IMG/VR virus record: IMGVR_UViG_3300038552_000146
Span: 1-60,124 of that record
Origin: a virus
Lineage: Duplodnaviria; Caudoviricetes
DNA length: 60,124 nucleotides
Strand: one strand, 5' to 3'
Below the pieces are notes generated by a model that was given only the letters and a program-made list of their open reading frames with translations, made no database searches and was not told where the DNA came from. Numbering within the stretch: the first letter of the stretch is position 1; every line of letters starts with the position of its first letter. A program made the position numbers and the translations under genes. This document shows, one piece after another, positions 28,439 to 37,484 of this stretch.

Positions 28439-28834
28439 ATGAACTCTCCTGAGCGGTACCTGAACGTACAGGTGCCAGAGGACGTACGAGCGTTGTGGCA
28501 CCGGTGGGAAGGTGCTGAATGGCGTAAGGCACGGCACCGGGACCAGAACAACATCTATCCGCCTGACCAGCGTTTCAATGTCAGGCCGCCGGACGGCATG
28601 TGCCGGGTGCATCGAAAAATGTGGATAGATTGGCGGAATCATCAGATGGACTCGGTCAGCGCCAATCGTTGGCCAGGCCACCCGGGAAGCCCCTTCGTTC
28701 CGGTAGGCGATATCGCCACCCTGTTCGAACGGCGAAGGTGCGAATGGGATGAAGAGACCATCGCTCAGATGCAGCTCACAGAGCGGATCTGCTTGTCAGG
28801 GACCTCCCCGCAGTGTGACCGCACACGGGCTTGA
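28439..28834 (+). CDS. Hypothetical protein
   Basis: AAGGGG RBS; stop lies in the TTGACA of the next promoter. Confidence 0.65.
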   Translation: MNSPERYLNVQVPEDVRALWHRWEGAEWRKARHRDQNNIYPPDQRFNVRPPDGMCRVHRKMWIDWRNHQMDSVSANRWPGHPGSPFVPVGDIATLFERRRCEWDEETIAQMQLTERICLSGTSPQCDRTRA

Positions 28835-28859
28835 CACCTCAGAGTCATGACTGTAAAGT
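28831..28859 (+). promoter_or_regulatory. Repeated phage promoter
   Basis: TTGACA-cctcagagtcatgactg-TAAAGT. Confidence 0.85.
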
Positions 28860-28909
28860 AGTTCTCGCAAGACGACGTTGAGAACTACATAGCGGAGGGA
28901 TCGTCAAAG

Positions 28910-29140
28910 ATGACCGAGCGGACCGCAAAGATCATGGTCAGCCTGTCCACCAACCCCAGTGTCAGTGGGCGGTACTTCGTCGATGTACGGGATACGACCG
29001 GTGGCCGCAACCGGCAACTGACCACCCGGACCAATGACGCGGATTACGTTCTGGACTTCATCCGCCAAGCTAAGGGGCAGTCCCAAGCCCAAGGCATCAA
29101 TCTCACGGTGGAGGACCGGACCGGCGAACTGGTGCTCTGA
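28910..29140 (+). CDS. Hypothetical accessory protein
   Basis: GGAGG RBS; promoter upstream and hairpin downstream. Confidence 0.75.
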   Translation: MTERTAKIMVSLSTNPSVSGRYFVDVRDTTGGRNRQLTTRTNDADYVLDFIRQAKGQSQAQGINLTVEDRTGELVL

Positions 29141-29154
29141 GCCACCGATACACC

Positions 29155-29182
29155 TGAGGCCCCCGGGAAACCGGGGGCCTCA
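29155..29182. terminator. Bidirectional terminator-like hairpin
   Basis: tgaggcccccgg-gaaa-ccgggggcctca. Confidence 0.65.
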
Positions 29183-29198
29183 CACTGTCTGAACGGGA

Positions 29199-29345
29199 TC
29201 AGGCAGGCTTGATCACCGTAGAGCCTGGATGCTTGGCCGCGAACGCCAACGCGGCTGCCTCGGTAGTCTTTGTGATCTTCAGACCACCTGGCAGTTTAAC
29301 TGTGTAGATCTTGCGATTCTTAGCCTTACCGCAAGCACAGGCCAT
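29199..29345 (-). CDS. Small basic protein (MACACGK...)
   Basis: GGAGG RBS; MxCxCG start typical of small head-region genes. Confidence 0.65.
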   Translation of the reverse strand: MACACGKAKNRKIYTVKLPGGLKITKTTEAAALAFAAKHPGSTVIKPA

Positions 29346-30003
29346 CGTCCAGCCCTCCCTCGATCCGGTACCCCAGTGTCCCAGCCAGGACCTGGGCACG
29401 GCCCGCTAGCTCCGGATCATGAAACTCCCAGCTCGACTCCCACGTCACGCCGGTCCGCTCCCGGGATCTCTCATGACGGTTGCACGCAGGCTCATGTAGC
29501 GCGTACTGAGAGAGCTGGCCGGAGTTCAGCTCCACGCCGGTCCAGCGGAGAAGCCGCGCGAACATCTCCCTATCCTGGCGAATCAACTCAAACCGAAGGA
29601 TCAACTCCACCCTGGTCAGCGCGGCACTGTTCAGACAGACCCACGCTTGAAGCGCCCGGTCCTGAGGCGTTTCCCGGTCATACACCTCGGGGAACGCGAT
29701 ATGGAGCGGCTTATGGTATGGGTTGTCCGCGTCCCAGGTGAAGAATCCGATCTCCACCCAGCTCTTGACCACGGCCAAAGGATGACGGATCAGAAGCGCC
29801 ACCGGTACATCGAACTCATCCACACGATTCATCTGGCACGCGGCTACCCAGGAAGAATCCCCCTGGAGATAGTCCGGCCATTCCGAATCTCCCGGGTTGA
29901 ACACGGCTTCGTGGCCAGTAGCCACACCGGCGCGCGTAAGTGCCCTAGCCATCCAGGTAGTTCCACACCGGCCCGAGCCAGTGATCACGAATCGACTACG
30001 CAT
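29326..30003 (-). CDS. Sulfotransferase-like protein
   Basis: FVITGSGRCGTT (5'-PSB loop), GHE, LLIRHPLAVVKS (3'-PB motif). Confidence 0.7.
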   Translation of the reverse strand: MRSRFVITGSGRCGTTWMARALTRAGVATGHEAVFNPGDSEWPDYLQGDSSWVAACQMNRVDEFDVPVALLIRHPLAVVKSWVEIGFFTWDADNPYHKPLHIAFPEVYDRETPQDRALQAWVCLNSAALTRVELILRFELIRQDREMFARLLRWTGVELNSGQLSQYALHEPACNRHERSRERTGVTWESSWEFHDPELAGRAQVLAGTLGYRIEGGLDDGLCLR

Positions 30004-31453
30004 CAGCCATGCCCACCACCCTGGCCAACGCGGCGCGCTCAGCCGCACGGGCCGGCTCCAGGTCAGCCGCCAACGCGGTTCGGGCCGCCTCGGTGGCAGC
30101 ACGCGCCGCCTGACGACGCTCCAGCGCCTCGGCCAACGCGTTCACGTCCACCAGGGCGCTTACGTCGATCTCTCCCCGCGTGACAAACGTCAGGTCCTCC
30201 TGTCCAGACTCCGGCCCCAGCGCGGCCGTGAGCGCCACCTGACGGCCCGCACGGCTGAAGGTTGCCGGGATCGGGAACCCGGGCTCCGCGTAGGCTCGCG
30301 GCCCCGGGGAGAGAGCGAGCACCTCCACCAGGCTCAGCCCGGCCGGGGTCTCGCGCCAATCGCCGGAGACCTTGCGCCGAGCGAGCACCGAGCGCGCGGA
30401 ACCGTCCAGCCCGGGACGGATCACACCCGCGACCACGATCCCATGCGTGTCCGTGTAGGCCCGCACATCGGCCGCCACGGTCTTCCCGTCGTACTGGGCC
30501 ATCGTGGTGGCGGCCGTAAGCGCCAGCCCGGGGTGCCGCCCGCCCACCGTGATCCGGCCCGCCCAGATGGTCCCCCCGTCCTCGGTTTCCACCGGGAACC
30601 GGTTGAACCAGGTGTATTCGCCGGTCTCGTCTCGCGGCGCGGTTACGCACACGTCCGCGTACCCGACGTGGCAGGTCTGCCAGGTAGCGATGTGCCCGAA
30701 CACACGGCCGGTCTCCCAGTCCCAGGTGATCGGCGTAGGCCGATCCAGCTCGGGGAGGGCGAACGCGGCCACCGGTGCGAGCGGGGCGGTACCCACTGAA
30801 GCCACCAGCGCGGCGGCACGCTCGGTCTCGGCGGCGGCCTGGGCGGCGGCTTCAGCCTCATCCTCGGGGACCTCAGCGGCCACCAGCTCCAAGGGCCGGG
30901 AGGTCTCTTCGAACGCCGGGATCGACACCAGCGTGGCGGCCCGTACGCGCCCGGCGGTCACAAGAAGCTCGATCGCGGGTTCCTCGCCGGTCTCTTCGTA
31001 GATCTCTTCGTACCGCTCCCAGGTGACCTCTTCGTCCGTCCCGGCGATCACCGGAACGCCTTCAAACGAATCCAGGTCCACGGACGGCCCGAGCGTGCCG
31101 GCACCCATCAGGTGCATGGCCTCGGCCACGTCCTCGGCTAGCCGGGGCATCTCCTCACGGCTCACCCCGTCGAACAGTTCCCCGCGCGCCCACACGGCCA
31201 CCATCGCCTTATCCAGGCCCTTGGCGTTGTCGGGGGAAACGTACTCCTGGGCCAGCGCATCCTCGACGCTCAGGATGGCAGCCTCTTGGACCGCGCCCAC
31301 GACCACAGCACCGTCGTGACCACCCTCGCGCGAGCGGGCCCACTCAATCGGGAACGGCGCGTCCGCCAGCTCGATCGCACCATCAGCGAAGCGGCGGCCG
31401 TCACCGGTGGATAGGCCGATCGGTGCGAGCATCGTCCGGAAGCTAGTGCCCAT
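29996..31453 (-). CDS. Capsid maturation protease-like head assembly protein
   Basis: Between MuF and MCP; STGDGRRF, GPSVDLD, AATLVSIPAF, GRVFGHIATW, SGDWR. Confidence 0.65.
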   Translation of the reverse strand: MGTSFRTMLAPIGLSTGDGRRFADGAIELADAPFPIEWARSREGGHDGAVVVGAVQEAAILSVEDALAQEYVSPDNAKGLDKAMVAVWARGELFDGVSREEMPRLAEDVAEAMHLMGAGTLGPSVDLDSFEGVPVIAGTDEEVTWERYEEIYEETGEEPAIELLVTAGRVRAATLVSIPAFEETSRPLELVAAEVPEDEAEAAAQAAAETERAAALVASVGTAPLAPVAAFALPELDRPTPITWDWETGRVFGHIATWQTCHVGYADVCVTAPRDETGEYTWFNRFPVETEDGGTIWAGRITVGGRHPGLALTAATTMAQYDGKTVAADVRAYTDTHGIVVAGVIRPGLDGSARSVLARRKVSGDWRETPAGLSLVEVLALSPGPRAYAEPGFPIPATFSRAGRQVALTAALGPESGQEDLTFVTRGEIDVSALVDVNALAEALERRQAARAATEAARTALAADLEPARAAERAALARVVGMADA

Positions 31454-31480
31454 GAGAATCAGGTTACAGGGCACCCCGCG

Positions 31481-32197
31481 TCAGGGAAGTATCCGGAACA
31501 GCCTCTCTACGGCCAGACGTCGGTTGTCCCCTGCCTTCAGGGCCACGCGCTTGTCGCGCTGCCAGATCACCCGGTGCGGGACATCATCAGGCACTTCGTA
31601 CTCCGATACGTACACGAATCGGTCAACAGCCCACTTACACAGTGTATGGTAAAAATAGTCGTAATCGAACGATCCGGTAGAATAACCGGTAGTGCTCGCA
31701 TACGGTGGGTCGCAGTAGACCACCGAGCCGATCGGGGGGACCACGCCGAACTCCCGGCAAGCGAACGTCACGTCGTAGTGACGGAACACAGCGGCCTGGC
31801 GCATCATCACTTTCCTGGTCCCCGGGTACACGTGCCCGTGAGGGTGCCTGGCATCGACCTTCTGTACCCCGTACCCGCCGAACCACTTCCCCCCGAAGCT
31901 GGCGCCAAATCCGACCAACCCTCTGAGCCAAGACGGCTCCGCGCGCCGGAGGGCCCGGTACTCCTCATAGCTGATCGTCTCCGGGATCTCTCCCCCAGCT
32001 GTCACGTGCCGCCACAACATGATCAGATCGGGATGGATGTCGGTGCCGAAACTCCGGGCGAAGTGCGGGGCCGCGTGCTCCATGACGTTGGCCCCGCCCA
32101 CGAACGGTTCGTACCAGATGTCCCGTACCGGAGTGTCCGCCAAGATTGCGGCCACCAGGTGACGAGCAATCTGAGCCTTCCCGCCCATGTACTGCAT
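31481..32197 (-). CDS. DNA adenine methyltransferase (D12/Dam-like)
   Basis: YMGGK, YEPFVGGA, VYCDPPY. Confidence 0.9.
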   Translation of the reverse strand: MQYMGGKAQIARHLVAAILADTPVRDIWYEPFVGGANVMEHAAPHFARSFGTDIHPDLIMLWRHVTAGGEIPETISYEEYRALRRAEPSWLRGLVGFGASFGGKWFGGYGVQKVDARHPHGHVYPGTRKVMMRQAAVFRHYDVTFACREFGVVPPIGSVVYCDPPYASTTGYSTGSFDYDYFYHTLCKWAVDRFVYVSEYEVPDDVPHRVIWQRDKRVALKAGDNRRLAVERLFRILP

Positions 32198-32203
32198 GGG
32201 GTG

Positions 32204-32232
32204 AGACTACACAGTCATTACGTCAATGTCTA
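32204..32232 (-). promoter_or_regulatory. Variant promoter for the methyltransferase (leaderless)
   Basis: TAGACA-ttgacgtaatgactgtg-TAGTCT, ATG 6 nt downstream. Confidence 0.55.
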
Positions 32233-32249
32233 CCGGTCGCGCTGCACGC

Positions 32250-32278
32250 TTGACACTTCGCAGTGATGGCGGTAATGT
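32250..32278 (+). promoter_or_regulatory. Repeated phage promoter
   Basis: TTGACA-cttcgcagtgatggcgg-TAATGT. Confidence 0.8.
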
Positions 32279-32285
32279 AAGGCCT

Positions 32286-32489
32286 GTGACGAACGCAGAC
32301 ATCATCCAGAAGGCCCTGACGGATCTTGGCTCTGGCTGGCACACGTCGCGTCAGGTGATGTGGCAAGCACGCCGCAACGGTTGGCAGATGACCACGGACA
32401 AGGCTCGGGGAGTGTCCAAGGTTCTGGCTCGCCAGGGCAAGGCCCGGATGCTGATGGACGGCAAGCGGGACCTATTCAAGATCATCTAG
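32286..32489 (+). CDS. Leaderless small protein, possibly winged-helix
   Basis: GTG 7 nt after -10; basic helix-helix-helix-hairpin-like pattern. Confidence 0.65.
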   Translation: MTNADIIQKALTDLGSGWHTSRQVMWQARRNGWQMTTDKARGVSKVLARQGKARMLMDGKRDLFKII

Positions 32490-32541
32490 TATCGCTTCCC
32501 CTTGAACTGGCGATTGGACAGATACCGGTCGCGCTGCACGC

Positions 32542-32570
32542 TTGACACTTCACAGTCAAGACTGTATAGT
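32542..32570 (+). promoter_or_regulatory. Repeated phage promoter
   Basis: TTGACA-cttcacagtcaagactg-TATAGT. Confidence 0.85.
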
Positions 32571-32577
32571 TCCAGGT

Positions 32578-32967
32578 ATGACGTACTTCCGAGTTCAGAG
32601 CGCTGACCGTAACGTAGCCGATCTGCTCGACCCTGGGTATCAGTTCTCGCACGCCTGGTCCGGTGACTCGGCGCACGATCGAGTGGGTGTCAGCGTTTGC
32701 GACGACGTAGAAGATCTAGCGATGTATCTGGCCAGCCATCTGGGCGAAGGTATCGAGGTTCACGAAGGATCTTGGGTACTGGTCGAGCTGGAAGCTGACG
32801 TAATCCAGGGTTCTCGTCCGATCGATCCAGAATTTGAGATCTTGGTCCGTCCGACTGAAATCGTCGCCATCACGCCCGTTGGAGATGACTTCCTGGCCAT
32901 GGTGGACGAGGCCAACACTGAACTGACGGCCTGCTTCCACGACTCCACTGCTGACTTCGACGACTGA
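32578..32967 (+). CDS. Leaderless acidic protein, candidate ADP-ribosyltransferase fold
   Basis: YFRVQ ... GVSVC ... EFEILV (R-S-ExE order). Confidence 0.55.
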   Translation: MTYFRVQSADRNVADLLDPGYQFSHAWSGDSAHDRVGVSVCDDVEDLAMYLASHLGEGIEVHEGSWVLVELEADVIQGSRPIDPEFEILVRPTEIVAITPVGDDFLAMVDEANTELTACFHDSTADFDD

Positions 32968-32972
32968 GATCA

Positions 32973-33806
32973 TCACCCTTTGAACTGGCGATTGGACAGA
33001 TCCACCGATTCTCCCTTTTCGACCAAAAGGGGCGTGCACCTACATTGTATGACCTCTTGGGGCGGACCGGTGGGGTCGCCTGGAAACGCCAGTGGAAACC
33101 CGCCCACGATGAACGGGGAGGTGAGAGGCACCCGCTGGCCATCAGCCAGATCATGGGTCTCGCGCGTGCGTCGATCATCCGTACTGAGCCATATGCGCTC
33201 GTAGTCTGTATCAGTGTCCTCTTCAGCTATTGTGAGGAAAGCTTCAGTTCGTCCGAAATTCAGTGCGCCGATGGTCTCGGTGCGCGCGATGACCGTGGCT
33301 CGGTTCGGCCAACGCTCTGACTTGGTGGTTGACAGCACGTCGTCAACCCTGTCCCTGATCTTCGGTATGCCCTCACCCAGGTTGGCCCCAGCCGCCACCT
33401 CCCCTGCCACCAGGTCATACACCTCATCCGGAACCCGAACCAGGCGGTTATGGACCTCGGTCAGGTACCGGGTGACCGCCGGTCGCTGATCGACCGGGTA
33501 CCCCGGTCCGAAGATCTTCCGGAATGCCAGGCTCACCGCCTTGAAGACCTCACCGCGAACGATCAACTCCACCAGCTCACGCCAGCGTGGCTCTAACGAC
33601 CACACGGCGGTCAGGTCGATCGACGCGCCGGAGCGCAGCAACCGACGCTCCAGCGCCACCAGCCACTCAGACAGCGCGGCCCACACGGCGGCCCGAATGT
33701 CACGCTCCGTACTGGCTGCTTCCAGCCGCGCGTCCAATCGGGCGGGAAGCCACGGGTCCCGGCCGCGCCCGTCCCAGACCGGGCCGGTCACCAGCGGCAC
33801 CGACAC
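32973..33806 (-). CDS. MuF-like head morphogenesis protein
   Basis: IARTET, WLSTDDRRTRETH, FPGDP...EVIQCRC. Confidence 0.88.
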   Translation of the reverse strand: MSVPLVTGPVWDGRGRDPWLPARLDARLEAASTERDIRAAVWAALSEWLVALERRLLRSGASIDLTAVWSLEPRWRELVELIVRGEVFKAVSLAFRKIFGPGYPVDQRPAVTRYLTEVHNRLVRVPDEVYDLVAGEVAAGANLGEGIPKIRDRVDDVLSTTKSERWPNRATVIARTETIGALNFGRTEAFLTIAEEDTDTDYERIWLSTDDRRTRETHDLADGQRVPLTSPFIVGGFPLAFPGDPTGPPQEVIQCRCTPLLVEKGESVDLSNRQFKG

Positions 33807-34153
33807 GGTTCACCCGCCGCGTGAGCTACCGCGTGCGAAGCTGGGCTATCCGTGTAGCTCGGTGACCTTTTGGGCTTCTTGATCATCTCATACCGAGGCT
33901 GGCCCTCGGGCGTGAAGGTCAGCCGGGCGTACCGCGCGCCACCGGAGCTGGCCACCTCCACCAAGATCAGGAACGGGAGCCAGAGTCCGAGGGTGATAAC
34001 CAGGAGGACCAGGTGGACCCCGGCGGAGATCCCGCTGCCCGAGCCACGCTGAACGAAGTCGGCCCCGTCCGCGCGCCGGGCGTACAGTGCCCATCCGCTA
34101 GCGATCATGAAGTGGACCTCACGAAGCAAGCGGTCATCCTGGCGGGTCATCAT
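33788..34153 (-). CDS. Membrane protein
   Basis: HLVLLVITLGLWLPFLILV hydrophobic hairpin; GGAGGT RBS. Confidence 0.65.
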   Translation of the reverse strand: MMTRQDDRLLREVHFMIASGWALYARRADGADFVQRGSGSGISAGVHLVLLVITLGLWLPFLILVEVASSGGARYARLTFTPEGQPRYEMIKKPKRSPSYTDSPASHAVAHAAGEPCRCRW

Positions 34154-34185
34154 GACTGTGATGTTACCTCCCTCGCACCAGCCTG

Positions 34186-34368
34186 CTAGATGATCATTCC
34201 GAACTCTTGCGGGGCCTCGAAAGTCACGTTGTTCGGGTGGCCAGCCAGCCTAATCACCGAGTCCGGTTCACTCGCACCTTCGTAGATCCACGCGGTAAAC
34301 GCATCTTTGTCCTGCTCAGGGACTAGATACCAGTGACCATCATCATCGTTGTCGAGTAGGTACCTCAC
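34186..34368 (-). CDS. Small hypothetical protein
   Basis: 4-bp overlap with the portal stop; DDDGHWYLVP. Confidence 0.65.
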   Translation of the reverse strand: MRYLLDNDDDGHWYLVPEQDKDAFTAWIYEGASEPDSVIRLAGHPNNVTFEAPQEFGMII

Positions 34369-36281
34369 GCTGCCACCATCCCTTGACCCCGGTTGGCCAC
34401 GTTGAGCGCGGCGAACAGAAGATCATCGTGGTGCCGGACACCCCGGGTCAGAAGCTCGTGGACGTACCCAGCCAGAAGATGATGAAGATCATCAGAGTTC
34501 ACGCCCAGGTCCGAAGCCACCAGGCTGACATGGTTCCAAGCCCCCTCGGTGACCTTGCGCGCCTTGTCCGGGGTGATCGGTCCCACGTGATGGTGGAGTT
34601 CGTGCCGGGGCACGTCACGCCACCGGCCGCGCCGCTCTTGCGGCGTGGTGAGCCGCCCGCCGGCCAGCTCCAGCGCGCGCATCACCATCAGCTTGGCGCT
34701 GGCATTGAACACCGCCTCAGGGGAGGGTGGAGCAGTCACCCGCGTAGCGGCCAGCTCGATCCGGCGATCCAGCGCGGCCGTGATCGCCCTGGCGGAGTCC
34801 TCGGGTTCCTCGGGATCCCCGTCGTTGGGGGGACCTTCTCCGGTCCCCTCGTCCTCGTCCGGGCCCTCCTCATCCGGGCCGGCTACAGGCGCGCGCTCCA
34901 CCTGGGGCAGGCCCAGCGATGCCTGGATAGCCGGGTCAAGGATGAGGTCCGGCTGACTCTGGACCAGCTTCAGCAGGATCTGGGCAGCACGCTCGGTGAC
35001 CGAGGGCATCTGGTCCGGGTCGAACGCACCGGCCTTCACTACCTCTTCGTCCCTGATCAGAAAACGATCATGGAGCTGTACGGCCTCATCCAGTCGGTTG
35101 GGCTTGGCAGCCAGGGCGGACGTGTCGAACGCGAACGCGAAACGCTCAGGGCCGGCCACGCCCATCGATTCCAGCGCGCGCCGGAGGAACCCCCGGGTGA
35201 GCGCGTCCGCCACCAGGCCGAGGTAACCGCGAATCCAACGGATCCCCTCGTCCGAGATCAGCCAGGCAGTCCAGTGGTTCGCATCCGAGATCCCGGTCAG
35301 AACCTCAGCCGGGATCTCAGCCATGCTGGCCACGCGACTAATCGCACGGTCCTTGAGGGGCGTGATCTCAGCGGACAGCTCAGACCAGAAGTTGACCGGC
35401 TGAACCTTGTCCAGATGCTCGATCATGTGGTCCGGCACGGTGGCCATGATCGGAACCATGCTCCGGGCATCACCCTGGTTGGTCATCGACGCGGCGGCGG
35501 CACGCTGGATGTACGCCATGAACCCAGACAAGCCCTCGGGGTCATCCTCCTGACGAGGAAAGTCGATACCTTCGGGGAGGAACATGATCCCGGCCCCGGT
35601 CAAGCGGCTGTCCAGCTCCGCGAACTCGCGCTTGGTCAGAAGCTCGATCTCCCGTAGCGGCACGATCGCGGAGCGCGTGAAGCTGTCCGCCTGGTCCGTG
35701 TCGTTCGGGTGCGGGCGCCAGCACCGGATCAGGATGTCCGTGCCGTCCCGCAGCGTGAGCTTGTCTCCACCCCGGATCTGGGGCCGCCGGACCTGGAGCT
35801 GGCCTCCTAGACGGCTGAACGCCGCGCCGGTGACCACGAACCAGGAGCCTTCAGCCGCCTCAGGCGTAGTAGCCGCGCCCTCGCCCACGATCCAACACTC
35901 CCCGCCCACAGCGAGGTCGATCCCGGCCAGACGGAGGTTGTCATCCCGCTGGCTACCGGTGCCGAGCGGGACAGCGGCCAGTCGCTTGATCCGTTCGTCC
36001 TCGGTTTCCCCCTGTTCCTCGCCTGTCTCATCTACCTCGGTCACGTAGAGTCGGGCCTGGGCCACGCTGTCACCGACCCGACCACCCAGCTTGTGCAGCT
36101 CACCGACGATGTCGTAGAGCCGCCACGCCTCGGTCTGCCAGTCCCGGTTACCGAACTTCCAGGTGCGCCAGGAGGAACCCCCGCCAAGATCCACAATCGC
36201 CGTCGCACCGGCGAGTGCGACGCGGCGATCCACCTCGCGGGTACCGAGTGGATCAGGATTACGCGGACGACGGAGGGCCAC
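34365..36281 (-). CDS. Portal protein
   Basis: WQTEAWRLYDIVGEL, WRPHP, SRLTGAGIMFLP, ANHWTAW; first gene of the head module. Confidence 0.85.
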   Translation of the reverse strand: MALRRPRNPDPLGTREVDRRVALAGATAIVDLGGGSSWRTWKFGNRDWQTEAWRLYDIVGELHKLGGRVGDSVAQARLYVTEVDETGEEQGETEDERIKRLAAVPLGTGSQRDDNLRLAGIDLAVGGECWIVGEGAATTPEAAEGSWFVVTGAAFSRLGGQLQVRRPQIRGGDKLTLRDGTDILIRCWRPHPNDTDQADSFTRSAIVPLREIELLTKREFAELDSRLTGAGIMFLPEGIDFPRQEDDPEGLSGFMAYIQRAAAASMTNQGDARSMVPIMATVPDHMIEHLDKVQPVNFWSELSAEITPLKDRAISRVASMAEIPAEVLTGISDANHWTAWLISDEGIRWIRGYLGLVADALTRGFLRRALESMGVAGPERFAFAFDTSALAAKPNRLDEAVQLHDRFLIRDEEVVKAGAFDPDQMPSVTERAAQILLKLVQSQPDLILDPAIQASLGLPQVERAPVAGPDEEGPDEDEGTGEGPPNDGDPEEPEDSARAITAALDRRIELAATRVTAPPSPEAVFNASAKLMVMRALELAGGRLTTPQERRGRWRDVPRHELHHHVGPITPDKARKVTEGAWNHVSLVASDLGVNSDDLHHLLAGYVHELLTRGVRHHDDLLFAALNVANRGQGMVAA

Positions 36282-36427
36282 GGACTACCTCCCCGGCTTC
36301 ATAATGCGCAAGCGCCAACGACCGAGCGCGATGAACAGGGGGTCATGATCGCGCCAGAGTAGTTTGCGGCGCGATTTTGGTGAGCGCCACAACCCAGTCT
36401 CTCGCGTCGCCCCGATGAACGGCACGC

Positions 36428-36739
36428 TCACCTCCCGAGATTCGAGACCATGCCGGCGAACTGGCTAAGGGCCAACATCAGCGCCGGGATCAGCATGACG
36501 GGTGAGTCCCCCCAGGCCCAGACCAGGGGAGCGGCGAGGACCGATACCCACACCCCGGCGCACCAGGAGCATGTGATCAGCTCAGCCAGGTACGCGCCCA
36601 ACGTCTTGGGTCTGTCGTCCAGCCACAGGACGATCGCGTTCCGGGCATCCTCCGAGATGGAATCCGTGGTGATGAGTCCGGTCACGCGCGCCACGGCGAG
36701 CGCGTAGATCAGGAGCTGGAGTGCGACCGGGATCGTCAT
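36428..36739 (-). CDS. DUF1360-like membrane protein
   Basis: ARVTGLITTDSI...LITCSWCAGVW. Confidence 0.75.
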   Translation of the reverse strand: MTIPVALQLLIYALAVARVTGLITTDSISEDARNAIVLWLDDRPKTLGAYLAELITCSWCAGVWVSVLAAPLVWAWGDSPVMLIPALMLALSQFAGMVSNLGR

Positions 36740-36812
36740 GTGGACCATCGTACGGCCACAAGAGGGCATCTCGGCTCAACCGTCCCGGCTCTCCCGGCCC
36801 GACACTTCACAG

Positions 36813-37142
36813 TCATACGACCCAGGCCACGATCTGATGGCCCCGCCCACGGTATCCCCGTCCAGCTCCACCCACGGTCATCTTGACCCGTTTCATCCCC
36901 AGCCTGGCGAACGCCTGACCGAGCGCTACCGGATGGCCCGGCTCTCGGCCCGCCTCACGCGCCACGTCAGCGTACCGCTTATAGAGATCACCGGCCGCGT
37001 ATCGCGCGCCACGGTAAAGCCCGTTCAAGGTCGCCCGGACATCCTCATCCAGAACCGCGCCGTACCCGCCCACAGGTTCAATATCCTTCATGACCCCTAC
37101 TCTACCCTGTGGACCCCCAGCCCCCTTGACCCCAAGCATCAC
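36813..37142 (-). CDS. Hypothetical protein, winged-helix-like (resembles primase-helicase C-terminal domains)
   Basis: DLYKRYADVAREAGREP...ALGQAFARLG; start uncertain (37142 or 37091). Confidence 0.55.
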   Translation of the reverse strand: MMLGVKGAGGPQGRVGVMKDIEPVGGYGAVLDEDVRATLNGLYRGARYAAGDLYKRYADVAREAGREPGHPVALGQAFARLGMKRVKMTVGGAGRGYRGRGHQIVAWVV

Positions 37143-37143
37143 C

Positions 37144-37280
37144 GGGGGAGGTGGGGGGACATAGGGGACCCCCCACCCACCCCTCCTTTACGCGCGTGTC
37201 ACGCACGTGCGCGCAAAGAGAAGGGGTTTTCTCTAACGCGCATAGAGGTGGGGGGTCCCCTATGTCCCCCCACCTCCCCC
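37144..37280. repeat. Perfect 34-bp inverted repeat with 69-nt spacer (origin-like element 2)
   Basis: GGGGGAGGTGGGGGGACATAGGGGACCCCCCACC at 37144-37177 and its reverse complement at 37247-37280. Confidence 0.85.
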
Positions 37281-37337
37281 CATGATTTGGGACAAAACGA
37301 CTTGCCGTGATTATGGTGCGCCTGTGAGGTGACACCC

Positions 37338-37484
37338 GGTTCAAGACCTAACCCCCTAACAGTTGTTGAGCGGTGAAGGTGGGGGCTTCGCCGAAGAATC
37401 GAAGGTGAAGGTGGGGGCTTCGCCGAAGAATCGAAGGTGAAGGTGGGGGCTTCGCCGAAGAATCGAAGGTTCAAGACCTAACCC
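37338..37484. repeat. 3 x 32-bp tandem repeat bracketed by 17-bp direct repeats
   Basis: ggtgaaggtgggggcttcgccgaagaatcgaa at 37372/37404/37436; ggttcaagacctaaccc at 37338 and 37468. Confidence 0.9.

Noticed and set aside
37372-37470. Mini-CRISPR
   Set aside because: Exact head-to-tail tandem copies with no spacers.
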